64,000 nt of DNA from Microthyrium microscopicum (lineage: Eukaryota), in contig MU004238.1 of NCBI GenBank assembly GCA_010405405.1, positions 1,003,530 to 1,067,529 of the forward strand. The letters are read 5' to 3'. Below, piece after piece: positions 27,918-41,269 of this stretch. The translations under genes were made by a program, and so were the position numbers. The first letter of the stretch is position 1. Each line of letters opens with the position of its first letter. Under the pieces are notes generated by a model, which did not search any database, had not been told where the DNA came from, and worked only from the letters and a program-made list of their open reading frames with translations.

Positions 27918-27999
27918 GGCACCCCCAGGGCATCGCCAGGGCAGATAAAATCCACCAGGGCATCGCCAGGGCTGCTACCTACCTAGGCGCAGCTATGTA
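27918..27999 (-). repeat. Right terminal motif cluster of the RIP block (CCAGGGCATCGCCAGGGC x2)
   Basis: Two direct copies of CCAGGGCATCGCCAGGGC; ends in TATGTA (27994-27999), the reverse complement of the left TACATA. Confidence 0.65.
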
Positions 28000-28016
28000 C
28001 TTACAGGTCCAGCGCA

Positions 28017-28333
28017 ATGCTCGAGCTATCGATTTCCTCTTCACCTGGCCGATTACCAAAAGAGCACATAATTCCAGGAGAGTACGATATTTGCCTCCAG
28101 GAGCAATATACTCTAGCCGGTCATGAGGCCTTCATCGGTCTTCAACTCGGAGAGCACATCGATTGGTTACTGGCGTTCCTCCTGTGTGCTATACCACTAA
28201 GAAGATTCCAGACGATATCTTGGATGCGATTCGATCTAATCCGGGAGTAATAGAGGTTGCATGCCGCAATACTTGGGGTACTCTGGACTCTGAAGTCGAC
28301 AACAAAAAGCACTACGCGAAGATGGCGATGTGA
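28017..28333 (+). pseudogene. Probable frameshifted small protein resembling peptidase inhibitor I9/propeptide-like fungal proteins
   Basis: One frame gives IIPGEYDICLQEQYTLAGHEAFIG; a second frame continues CYTTKKIPDDILDAIRSNPGVIEVAC. Together they fit the PGxY...Y...LxxIRxxPxVxxVE pattern. No intron evident between them. Confidence 0.45.
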
Positions 28334-28847
28334 TTCAGGTATAGCCTTCCGATGGGATTGATAAGACTAGTCACATACCACTCTGGAGACCTTGGTGAGG
28401 CACCCCATCGTCTACTGTCGCTCCCCAAAGATGTTACTACGGCTTTGTATGAAAGACGCTACAAGTATCAACAAATTGATAAACCGGAATTCGAAGTCAA
28501 CATATCCCATTGGTACATTGCTGTTGAAATCATACACTCGGACTCGGGCTTGAGTCAACTTTGGAAGTTGTGACTGACTGAGGGTTACGCGTATTTGCAC
28601 AATCTCAATCAGTCCTACCTTCAATGTGCCTCATGGTTCCTGAAGTCACTATAGGACACACGCGAAACTGTAAACGAGCCCACGTGGTAGGCATTACTGA
28701 TCCGCAAGTCCAACTTTGCTTGTCCTCTACTTACCAGCAAACACCCTTTGATTTTAGCATTGATCCAAACCTCTATCTCAGGCCCCTCAATTCACTGCCG
28801 TCACTTCATAATCCTATTATAATTACAGGCCCACCCCCTCCTTGGGG

Positions 28848-29606
28848 ATGAAGAAGGCCAAGGCAAAGAAGCTGGAGCTGAAGGAGCTGAAGCCTACGCA
28901 ATCCAAGAAGTCCAAGAAGCCCAAGAAGTCCAAGCTAACTCGGCGTCAACAACAAGAAGCCACAGACCTGTCAAGTTTTTCCAAGATCTTCTGGATCGTT
29001 CCGCACGGACCTTGCAAACATCAAATCTCTGTTTATGACCTTACTGATGCAGTAACTCCAATCCTATCGCATTCCTTCTACAAAACGTGCCGAAAGTACA
29101 TTGCTCAAAGCCACGATGTACCAGCGTTCGTAGCTAGGCGACCTGCCATTTTCAAAGACTACAAGGTCTACTCCTTGTCGCCATCCGCAGAGGAGACCTT
29201 TGTTGCGGAGTGGTCGCCATCTCGTTGGGAATGTGGACAGCAAACCTTTACATTCAACTCTCCCTCGAATCACTGTGACCATCCGATTATCATGCGCCGG
29301 CCCAAGTGGAACTGCCTATCAGAAGATTTCGTCAAAGACAGCGCGCCGTATTCTTGGCGATACGTGCCTTACTCCTGGACCGGGTGGACGACTCTCTACA
29401 GAAAGAAATACGGCAATTATGTGGAGGTAGCCAAGTTCATTGGCACCAGGTGGATCTGGTGGGGAGTCGGGGGTGCACTCCTGGTTGACGAGAGTAAGAT
29501 GGACCCTCTTGTCGCGATTTTGACCATGTGTGGAGTGATAAGAAAAGAGCGGCAACGAGGCCATGACGATGCGACAGGCGGTGGAATGGTAGGACCGATA
29601 ATGTGA
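28848..29606 (+). CDS. Hypothetical protein with Lys-rich N-terminus, intronless
   Basis: About 252-aa open frame from ATG 28848; globular Trp-rich C-terminal part (EDFVKDSAPYSWRY...GGALLVDESKMDPLVAILT). Confidence 0.65.
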   Translation: MKKAKAKKLELKELKPTQSKKSKKPKKSKLTRRQQQEATDLSSFSKIFWIVPHGPCKHQISVYDLTDAVTPILSHSFYKTCRKYIAQSHDVPAFVARRPAIFKDYKVYSLSPSAEETFVAEWSPSRWECGQQTFTFNSPSNHCDHPIIMRRPKWNCLSEDFVKDSAPYSWRYVPYSWTGWTTLYRKKYGNYVEVAKFIGTRWIWWGVGGALLVDESKMDPLVAILTMCGVIRKERQRGHDDATGGGMVGPIM

Positions 29607-30140
29607 TAATTTGTATCCACAGAAGCCATTGGAATCCAGATTGTACATACGTTTTCGACTGGAGAAAAGCCTGTTTCGCAGAGCCTATTAATACCTTGGG
29701 TGCTTAAGTTACCCTCCAAATCAAACAATAACCCTAGCTATACATGTTCTGAACTTCAACCAGTGTACCATCACTACTTCAAGATATCAATCTGATACAC
29801 AGCGCAAAGAGGGTTATGGAGAAACGTGATTGGGAAATAATGATCTTGATGCAGCGCAGGAGCTCTATCATTGCAAAGCACTGGCAATGATAGCGTGATA
29901 GCCCCGGTCTCCTTCCTAAATCAGATCAAATCGAGGAACGATGTCGTATACTGTAGGTACCCCGCAACAAACCAGATCAAGCTTCCAGGCAACTAGGTAG
30001 ATTTGGTAGACACGTTACAGTGAGGTTAGCTACCGTACAGATCCAAGCCCCATGGAACCAAACGGCGAACGCTGAGTACTTTTACAACTAAGTCCGCATC
30101 ATCATGTCCGCATTCGTTTGCTGAGCGGATTTTCCATGAC

Positions 30141-31811
30141 ATGGCTTCATCATCTTCAATATTGACCCGCGACGTCACAACCGAGAGGTCGTTCTTCGAG
30201 ATCGAAATGACTTCAGTACAAGAAGACGGGCCATTTGATCTAGATGAAGAGATTGGAGCGCTATCAGCTGAAAGAGAGGTCGCCGAAGATGAAAGCAAAT
30301 ATCCGACTGGTGTGAAATTCTATCTGATCATGATCTCGGTCGGACTTGCACTTATCATGGGAGAAATGGACAGTTCTATCGTATCCGTGGCGATCCCTTC
30401 CATCACTGATCACTTTCATACCATGAGAGATGTTGGCTGGTACGCTGCCGCTTATCGACTCACTGTTTGTAGCTTTCAATTCATGTTCGGCAAGCTCTAC
30501 AGTCTCTACAGTCTCAAACACATCCTCCTCATCTCCGTCGTTATCTTCATGGTTGGCAGTGTCATGTGTGCGGCCGCACCAACCAGTGCTGCATTCGTTG
30601 CCGGAAGAGCGATGAGCGGCTTTGCCAGTGCTGGGATCATTTCTGGAGCTTTCTGCACTTTGATGGAGGTTTTACCTTTGCGCAGGCGTCCCTTCTGGGG
30701 AGGTATAATGAGCAATGTGGAAGGCATAGCTGTTATAGCCTCGCCCATCCTGGGTGGATTCATCGTTGGCAAACTCGGCTGGAGATGGTGCTTCTGGATC
30801 AACGTGCCAATCGGCGCCGTTACGTTCGTGTTTTTGTTGACATTTCTCAAAGACCTCAAACCTACTGAGACACTTCCATGGAAGGAAAAGCTGGTCCAGG
30901 TGGACCTCATCAGCAACGCCATCTTCGTTCCCAGCTTAACTTGCCTTTTTCTCGCCCTCGGCTGGGCTGGCACGCGAAATGACTGGAGCTCACCAACTAT
31001 TATAGCGCTTTTCGTAGCTTTCATCGTCCTTCTGACAGGCTTCGCCGTCATGCAGCATCGGAGGCAGGATACTGCAACTCTTCCACCGCGTCTACTTCGC
31101 AATCGAAGCGTTCTTTCTGGCTTCATCTTCAGCTTCTGTTGCAATTCCACGATACAAGTTGTGCAGTATTATCTTCCCACATATTTTCAATCTGTACGTG
31201 GCTACACTTCATCTCAGTCAGGTATAATGATGCTTCCCATCATCATAAGTTTCCTCCTTGCGATGGTTATTCAAGGATCCGCCGTCAGCCTAATCGGATA
31301 CTATGTCCCGTTCATGTTAGCCGGATCTGTACTTTTACCCGTCTTCGCAGGCCTCATGACTACATTCACTGTCGATTCTAGTTTAGCCAAACTGATATTC
31401 TATACTGGCCTCCTGGGCTTTGGAGCCGGAATTGGCTTTCAAGCACCACAAACGGCTGTTCAGACATCTCTTTCGCCTGCTGATGCCAGAATGGGGCTAG
31501 CAACTATAATATTCGCTCAACATTTCGGGCCTGCGGTCTTTATATCAGCGGCGCAGAGTATTTTTACAAATCGCCTTCAAGCAAATCTCAAGGGCTTGGC
31601 CCCATCGTTGAATGCCACCAGTATCGAGAACACCAGTCTTGGGGAATTGAGAACCCATATCAGAGTTGATCAGCTGCAAGGACTCTTGAGCCGTTTTGAT
31701 CTCAGCTTAGTGCAGACTTGGTATCTTGCGGTCGCGTTAGGCTGCATCACAATGGTTGGGAGTTTGGGCATGGAGTGGAGGACGGTTAAGAGGGAGAGAT
31801 TCCGGGCATAG
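30141..31811 (+). CDS. MFS drug:H+ antiporter (DHA2, 14-TM; AflT/GliA-like toxin efflux family), intronless
   Basis: MDSSIVSVAIPSITDHFHT..DVGWY, FGKLYS, GRAMSG, WRWCFWINVPIG, YYLPTYFQSVRG; 556 aa. Confidence 0.92.
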   Translation: MASSSSILTRDVTTERSFFEIEMTSVQEDGPFDLDEEIGALSAEREVAEDESKYPTGVKFYLIMISVGLALIMGEMDSSIVSVAIPSITDHFHTMRDVGWYAAAYRLTVCSFQFMFGKLYSLYSLKHILLISVVIFMVGSVMCAAAPTSAAFVAGRAMSGFASAGIISGAFCTLMEVLPLRRRPFWGGIMSNVEGIAVIASPILGGFIVGKLGWRWCFWINVPIGAVTFVFLLTFLKDLKPTETLPWKEKLVQVDLISNAIFVPSLTCLFLALGWAGTRNDWSSPTIIALFVAFIVLLTGFAVMQHRRQDTATLPPRLLRNRSVLSGFIFSFCCNSTIQVVQYYLPTYFQSVRGYTSSQSGIMMLPIIISFLLAMVIQGSAVSLIGYYVPFMLAGSVLLPVFAGLMTTFTVDSSLAKLIFYTGLLGFGAGIGFQAPQTAVQTSLSPADARMGLATIIFAQHFGPAVFISAAQSIFTNRLQANLKGLAPSLNATSIENTSLGELRTHIRVDQLQGLLSRFDLSLVQTWYLAVALGCITMVGSLGMEWRTVKRERFRA

Positions 31812-32315
31812 TAAAACATACTGGCTTTGGCAAAGGACGAACGCTCCTACTGTCACAAGAAGAGCGTCTGCGCCGATATCTAACAGACTTCAGATTTATA
31901 CCGGTAGACAGTGCGATATCTAATTATAGAATTACTAGAGAAAAGCCGCAGAATCTTGACATAAGCTTATTTTGAGATCCTTTATATTAGCAAACAAGCA
32001 TCCATTCTCCTGCATGAAGGCTTCACTACTAACAGGATTTTACGGCTTTCTTAATATGGATTATCCTTGGTGAGATCTGCATATCCCTGAAGTCAGTTCA
32101 CCTCTTCTGGTTTCGATATGCACGGGTGAAACCGCTGCAGTTTCAATTGTTGGCACCTCATCTTACCTTTGTATTCAATTATTTTCAATGTCATACTTTT
32201 TCACCTCTTATTTTACACTATTAAAAAGCTTGGGATTGGTCATTTTAGTTTGGGAGTTTGGTTTTGGTTGAATAGAGGCCAGTTGCGAATCGAAGTCAGC
32301 TCCTCTTCCTGCGAG

Positions 32316-33770
32316 ATGCCCTCAACAGGAGAAGCAACACGAAAACTATTCTGCTGTTTAGTACCAAGTTATCTTCAGCCACGACGGGATGCCTTGGACA
32401 AGCCACCTTTAAAGCTACACGCGACTTCTTGCTTAGATGGTCTTCGCGGAGTCGCAGCGCTGATAGTTTTCATCTTCCACATACTATTTTCTTATACCGC
32501 GTTTCACGATTTTGGCTACGGACAATCACCAGACCAGAAATATGTCTTTCAGCTACCAATCATTCGAGTACTGTACGCTGGACACGCTATGGTGGTTGTG
32601 TTCTTTGTGGTTGGAGGATATGTCTTTTCGATCAAACCACTAAAACTTATCCATTCTGGACAGAAACTTTCGTTCCTTGATGCTTTGGTATCTTCTGTCT
32701 TTCGGCGAGCAATACGACTATATATGCCAGCAGTAATCGCCACGTTTCTTACCATGCTAACCGTATATTGCGGCTTATGGGAGTTTCCAAGGCAATTCAT
32801 AACCGAAGATCGCTCCATCATCTGGTATCCAGATAACCACTTGGAGCGCTCAGGAACATTCACTTCGCAACTGCTAGACTGGGTTCATGAGACAAAGCTG
32901 CTTTCTAATGTCTTTACATACTACAACAACGGTTTCCTATTTCCATACTATCCTCACTACGATCCGCATCTCTGGACCGTCCCCATCGAATTTCGTTCGT
33001 CCATGCTTCTCGCCTTATCTCTCCTTGGCCTTTCGCGCTGCCGCCCACCCTTACGCGTCACTCTATCACTAGGAACCATCCTCTACTGTATCTTGTGGGA
33101 TCGGTGGGAACTCGTCTGCTTTCTTTCCGGCTCGCTACTCTGCTATATCGACATTACCACCAGCGCTGTCGTGCAGTCGTACCGAGCAGATCATAACGAG
33201 AAGGACATCACGCTAGACATGGAAACACTTCTTCCCCAAAAAGAGCCCCCTGGATTTCAGCAAGAGCCGACGCTGCCGCGCATAAAACGCTATGCCCTGC
33301 TCTTTTTCGCCGGTCTATACCTGTTATCCGCGCCACCGCTAGAGATGAGCAGCACGCCAGGCTACATGTGGCTCTCTCACCTGGTGCCTAGCACATATAC
33401 AGATCCTAAGCGTTTCCCGCACACAATTGGCGCACTTCTGTTGACGTTCGCACTCACACGGTCCCCAATCCTGCGGCAACCATTTGAGACGGCAGCGGCG
33501 CAGTATCTGGGGAAAATATCCTTTTCGCTATACATAGTGCATGGCCCACTGATACACATGGTCGGATACTCAGTGACGCCGGTAATGTGGCGATATGTGA
33601 TCGGCATGGAGACGCAGTGGCAGTGGGTCACTGGCTTATTCCTAGGGAGCTGTGTATTGGCAGTAGTGGTTGCTATTGTGGCAGATTGGTTCTGGCGGAT
33701 TGTGGAGGGAACGAGCATAACGTGGGCGAAGAAATTTGAGGATTGGTGTTTTGAAGAGTCGCAGCGATGA
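32316..33770 (+). CDS. Acyltransferase family 3 (membrane O-acyltransferase), intronless
   Basis: LDGLRGVAALIV..H, FFVVGGYV, RRAIRLY, HLWTVPIEF, YLGKISFSLYIVH motifs; first ATG at 32316. Confidence 0.88.
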   Translation: MPSTGEATRKLFCCLVPSYLQPRRDALDKPPLKLHATSCLDGLRGVAALIVFIFHILFSYTAFHDFGYGQSPDQKYVFQLPIIRVLYAGHAMVVVFFVVGGYVFSIKPLKLIHSGQKLSFLDALVSSVFRRAIRLYMPAVIATFLTMLTVYCGLWEFPRQFITEDRSIIWYPDNHLERSGTFTSQLLDWVHETKLLSNVFTYYNNGFLFPYYPHYDPHLWTVPIEFRSSMLLALSLLGLSRCRPPLRVTLSLGTILYCILWDRWELVCFLSGSLLCYIDITTSAVVQSYRADHNEKDITLDMETLLPQKEPPGFQQEPTLPRIKRYALLFFAGLYLLSAPPLEMSSTPGYMWLSHLVPSTYTDPKRFPHTIGALLLTFALTRSPILRQPFETAAAQYLGKISFSLYIVHGPLIHMVGYSVTPVMWRYVIGMETQWQWVTGLFLGSCVLAVVVAIVADWFWRIVEGTSITWAKKFEDWCFEESQR

Positions 33771-33923
33771 GAGCCTGGAGAGCAAAAGATCTTGTTGGAT
33801 AAAGTAGCATCGAGTCGCATAAAACAGTCTATTAGAACACATAATTACATAAGCTTGTCTTAGCGATCCCTCGCACCCAGAAATGCATACAATAACATCA
33901 TTCATCTTCCTCGTTGACTCGTT

Positions 33924-36823
<2,900 letters not shown>

Positions 36824-38753
36824 GGTGTCTGAGTTTGAACTGCAATTGAAGTGTGAAGCAATTTGAAGACGACTCGGACCTGAAGGGAGTTGGGATGGGA
36901 TGGAAGAACGCGACAAGATCCAACGCGTCGCGCAATGAAGCTTAGCGCCGACACGCGAGCATTGACCAACCAATTATGCTCCCATTGGGATTAGCCCGTC
37001 TTTTCGTTCATTCGCAATTCTCAACTCCAGTTCTTAGCCAATCCGACTGCTATTCTCCCTCATTTCCCTCTTTTTGACTTGCAGCGCGTCTTTCGTCTAT
37101 GGTTTTCTATGCTCATGAGGCTGTATCAGATGCAAAGCCCTGCGCCCCAGAGATTCAAGCAAATCTTCAGGTCATTTACAAAATTAAAGAATTGATCGCG
37201 TGGCCGAAGGCACACAGGACTGGCAATGAGCGTTGCCTGTAGGCAGCGAATGCTTATACACATCCCGTTGCTACTCCTGAAGCCTGGCGCGATCCAGCTG
37301 CTCCTCCTTGCAATATGCTAGTGTCAACCCAAGTTCCCATCTTTGACTGTCACTGTCCCAGAGATTAGAACCAGTCGTCACCTCCTGGCCTTTAGTGCTC
37401 AGTGGCAGGATCGTCCCATAATGCCAATTGAAAGGTCTTTATCCATCCATCGACGGTCGAAACGGATGGTGGAGGAGCAAGCATTCTTTGCAAATACCAC
37501 ATCCTTGAAGACTTGCCTGAATAACTGTCATGGTCTTTGTGACGCGTGGCATTGCTTGAGAGCAGTCAAGACAGTCCTAAGCTGTAGTCTCGTGGAAGCA
37601 CCCATTGTAAGTAATTCGGATGGGCCGATTTTCCCGCAAATACTCACTTGTTCTACATTGCCCATGTCACTATAACACTATGGGCATCATATTGCTTTAC
37701 AGAGGCCACGATCTAGATCATTTACAACATCTTAAAAAGGCCTTTCGAAGTGCGCCTATTTACTTCCACGGATACCTATAGAGGGGCCTTAAGAGTTTGA
37801 TGTTGATGCTTACCTACATTTGTGCAGATACTGTTCAAGACTGCTGTGGGTATAGGGCAAAGAACGTCCAACATCAATAGCATATCCTATAGCCCTTTCC
37901 CAGGAACACTGATTATGTTTGTAGTGCCGCTAATCCATTGGTCAATATTGATGAATATGTATTGTCTGTTTCGCACCTACACCGACAGCTCGTAACTCAT
38001 CCTACGGCGAGCCTCCCGCGACATCTGTATCAACGCATCTATGTCAATTATCCATCGCAAACTGCATTAGTGCTAACTTCAGGGCCAGATTAAGAGCCTG
38101 GATGGTGTGATACTCGATTGGGACTAGAACATGGTGCTGCTGTTTGAGAGACGATCAATGGTCGAACCTGAGATTGTTATGCATGACTGGAGCCACATTA
38201 TAGGCTTCTGTGGCTAGGTGGACATACGTTGTGCCCGGCTTTGAACCGTCATGCTAACGCTATCACCAAGTTGCTGAAGATAACCAATTCTAGGAAAACC
38301 TCGAAGGCCACAATTTTCATTCAGTGGCTCTGGTCATTAAGAGTTAGCTTTGAAAACATTCTTCGATGTTGTTAACCATGGATCAGAACGCTCAGGGTGG
38401 TCTGTTCATTGACAGATCTCAAATTGTGCATATTGCTTCCCCAGATTTCGCCTACCAATGAGAAAGAGTAGCTGCAATATTGGACGTTATATGATTGCCT
38501 TTCAACTGCCAAGGGCCATTTTACTGGGGTCGGACAGTATCTAAAAAGCTTTGTTATAGATTAGTCGTCTGGGTAGTCTCGTCTTACCAAAGAGCTCGGA
38601 TTATGGGATACATCCACACAGTGTGGGCAACACTGGTACCAGGTACTACCTCGCAGCAGCAGCTAAAGTCTATAAGACACCAGAATCTCTGGAATCTCAG
38701 CCGGACTGATTCGCAAGCACCTTGTTTATTTGACTTATAAGCAGCCTGCAAAA

Positions 38754-40270
38754 ATGAAGTCACTTGCAATTCTTTATCTCACTGGTGTTGTTGCTGCTGG
38801 GATAATCGGTAAGCCAGAAAACGTATCACAGAAGACAAGAGACCTAACCTGATAAAGACAAGAGACAATTCGGTGCCGATTTCGAAAAGTCGCTTTGGAG
38901 TTTATTTGGCGTAACCAAGAACAAGACTGAAACACCACTTTTCACGACCAAGACTCTCACACCTCAATTCGATCCAAAGGCCAAAAGAGAATTACTCATC
39001 TGGGGACCCTTCCAGCTTCAACCGGCTAACGTATGATCGCAAGAGCTTTCCTTGATGAAGTAATTAACATTTGGCAGGGAACTCATAAGGCTGTTCCCAA
39101 CGTTGTCAAGCTGGACAAATTGAGCGATGTAATTACCACCCGAGTGAAAGGCATGTGCCGGGAATGTATGGTTCTCTACGCACAGGCCGATGTTTCGGAC
39201 AAGACTGGCAAGAAGATGGATATTGACAAAGGAGTATACAGCCATCACGTTATCATGGCAGATGTTGGGCGTGTCATGGTTCCCGTACCAGCTTTTGCCA
39301 AGTGTCCAGATGGTAGCATCGGAGGTTTCAATTTTGATCCAGCAAAGATGGCAGGTGGAGGTATGGGGGGCGCCGGAGGTAAAGCAGGACATGGCGATGC
39401 TGGGCATGGCAAGTCCATGTTGAAAAAGCGTCAATTCGCCGGCTCGGTGGACCCAAAAATGATCGACATGCTCAAGACTCCGGGAGGTCAAGCCATGATG
39501 GCGAAGATGATGCCAGCTATTTCGATTTTCGTTGGACAGGGTGATGATGGGACCGCTATGAGATATGCTGCTCCAAAAGGTAGTGTCATCAAGAGTGGGT
39601 TCCACATCGGTAAGAACGATGAGATGAACTTGATGTCAGAAGTCGTCAACTACGACAATGCCGTCAAGGACATATACGTCAGCCTCGACTACGAATACAT
39701 TCCAATGCCTGGAAAGGTTGAAGATGGCTGGTATGACACTGGAAACGCTGCTTTGAATGTCCAGCCTTGTGGTGGTCTCGATCTAATGTGTAAGTAAATC
39801 CAAACACAAAAGAGGTCTCTTGGAAAGTTCATCAACTAACAAAGCCCGAATAGTTCCACCAAAGGACAAGGCCATCAAGTATACATCCCCACCTTGGGAT
39901 GTCATCATGCCTGGCTATCTTCTAGACATCAAGCCACATCTTCACGATGGCGGTATCAACGTTACCTTGTCTGTCAATGGGAAGGTTGAATGCGTTTCAA
40001 GCGCTGTCTATGGCGCCGGTGCGGAAGTGAAGGGAGAAAAATGGGAGACCATTACTGGCTATACACCCTGCAACAAGGCAATTGAAATAAAGCCCGGCGA
40101 CAAGCTTGCAATGGATTCCACATATGATGTGACTAGCCACAAGTTGTAAGTCGTTGCACTTCCTTCTCCAATGATTTAATCTAATGTGAAATAGACGACC
40201 TACCTCAGATAATCACGGAGAAGCAGAAGGCATGGCTTTCGCCCAGTTTACTTTCGCTGTCAAACGGTAA
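38754..40270 (+). CDS. Secreted uncharacterised protein with YSHH / HLHDGG / C-terminal Met motifs (PHM/copper monooxygenase-like), 5 exons
   Basis: Signal peptide MKSLAILYLTGVVAA; canonical introns link the track ORFs 39033-39797 and 39820-40149; last exon RPTSDNHGEAEGMAFAQFTFAVKR*. Confidence 0.75.
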
Positions 40271-41269
40271 TTTCGAAACCCGATTGAAGAAATATTACTA
40301 TTCCATATTGACCACTCCTATACAACAACATAAGGAATCTAACTCAACTGTCCTCAGCCAATCGTGGCAACATAGGATTTATGACTGTTCCAGAATAGTA
40401 AGACAGTCTCCGTAAGGCTACAAAGCAAAAAAAACTCTAGATAAATTAATGCGAAATAGCGGTTGAAATACTCGAACGGCACTGGGGATGCTAACGATAT
40501 TGATTCGCCATGGTTCCCTCACATTCAAAATCACCATACTAATGGGTGATTTCTATAGGAAATCAGGAAAGATACCCTCCTCAGAGAATCTGGGAGCGTC
40601 GCCCAGCCAAGAGCCAAAGTACTATATAGTAAATTGAAACTGTCCCTGCAATATCCGAGAGCCCGGTTCAAGTATGGGATACAAAAATCTAGAAGTCACA
40701 AATGATTGGTCGAAATAAACACACTGTCTTATAAGGAGATGAGGATCTATATTAAAAAGTAGGATTTCTTGCTTGCAACATTATCCATCACGCGATTCGA
40801 CGATTTCTTTTGTCCATCGCTGCAGTGGCCAGTGAATTCATTCCAATATACTTAACGTAGCCACCTTCAAAAATAGCTTTCTCGGCGATCATAGAAATCA
40901 TACCTGATCTACTATTACTCAATGGAAATGTATATCTTTTCTTTCTTTAAGGGCCATTTGATTGTAAAAGACTCGACGGAATACGGGCTCCGGTATGAAG
41001 ACAAGGATCCCCAATCAGTGCCATAGTTGTGCGATCGATTTGCGGTGTCGTTTGAACATTGGAGGTCTATGAATCTCGGCCAGTTAGCTACCTGAAACTT
41101 GATAGAAATGCCACCAGTCCTATGGCAAATGTCCTCCGCGAGATTTGTGTATCAGAGGATTGATATAGGTAGCTGATGTTCCGATGGCAGTGGCTAATGT
41201 GGTTCGTCGTTGTTGTTTCTGAAACCGTACTGTCCTTACCACTGCTCCCAAGCGCTTTAACAGCGCAAC

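Larger units (their letters stand above)
15523..27999. mobile_element. ~12.5 kb RIP-mutated repeat/mobile element of unassigned class
   Basis: Abrupt shift to very AT-rich sequence with TpA excess and CpA/TpG depletion; almost no ORFs in the track; GC-rich GCCCT(G/A)G motif clusters at both borders. Confidence 0.85.

Noticed and set aside
28001..28012. TTAC beside the right end as a Starship target site
   Set aside because: No matching direct repeat at the left border and no TTAC-N7-A fit; too short to be meaningful.
30141..33770. Secondary-metabolite cluster around the MFS and acyltransferase genes
   Set aside because: No PKS, NRPS, terpene synthase or tailoring enzyme in the window.
37000..38750. 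Short ORFs between mcm3 and the secreted protein
   Set aside because: No recognisable motifs or consistent exon chain; treated as intergenic.
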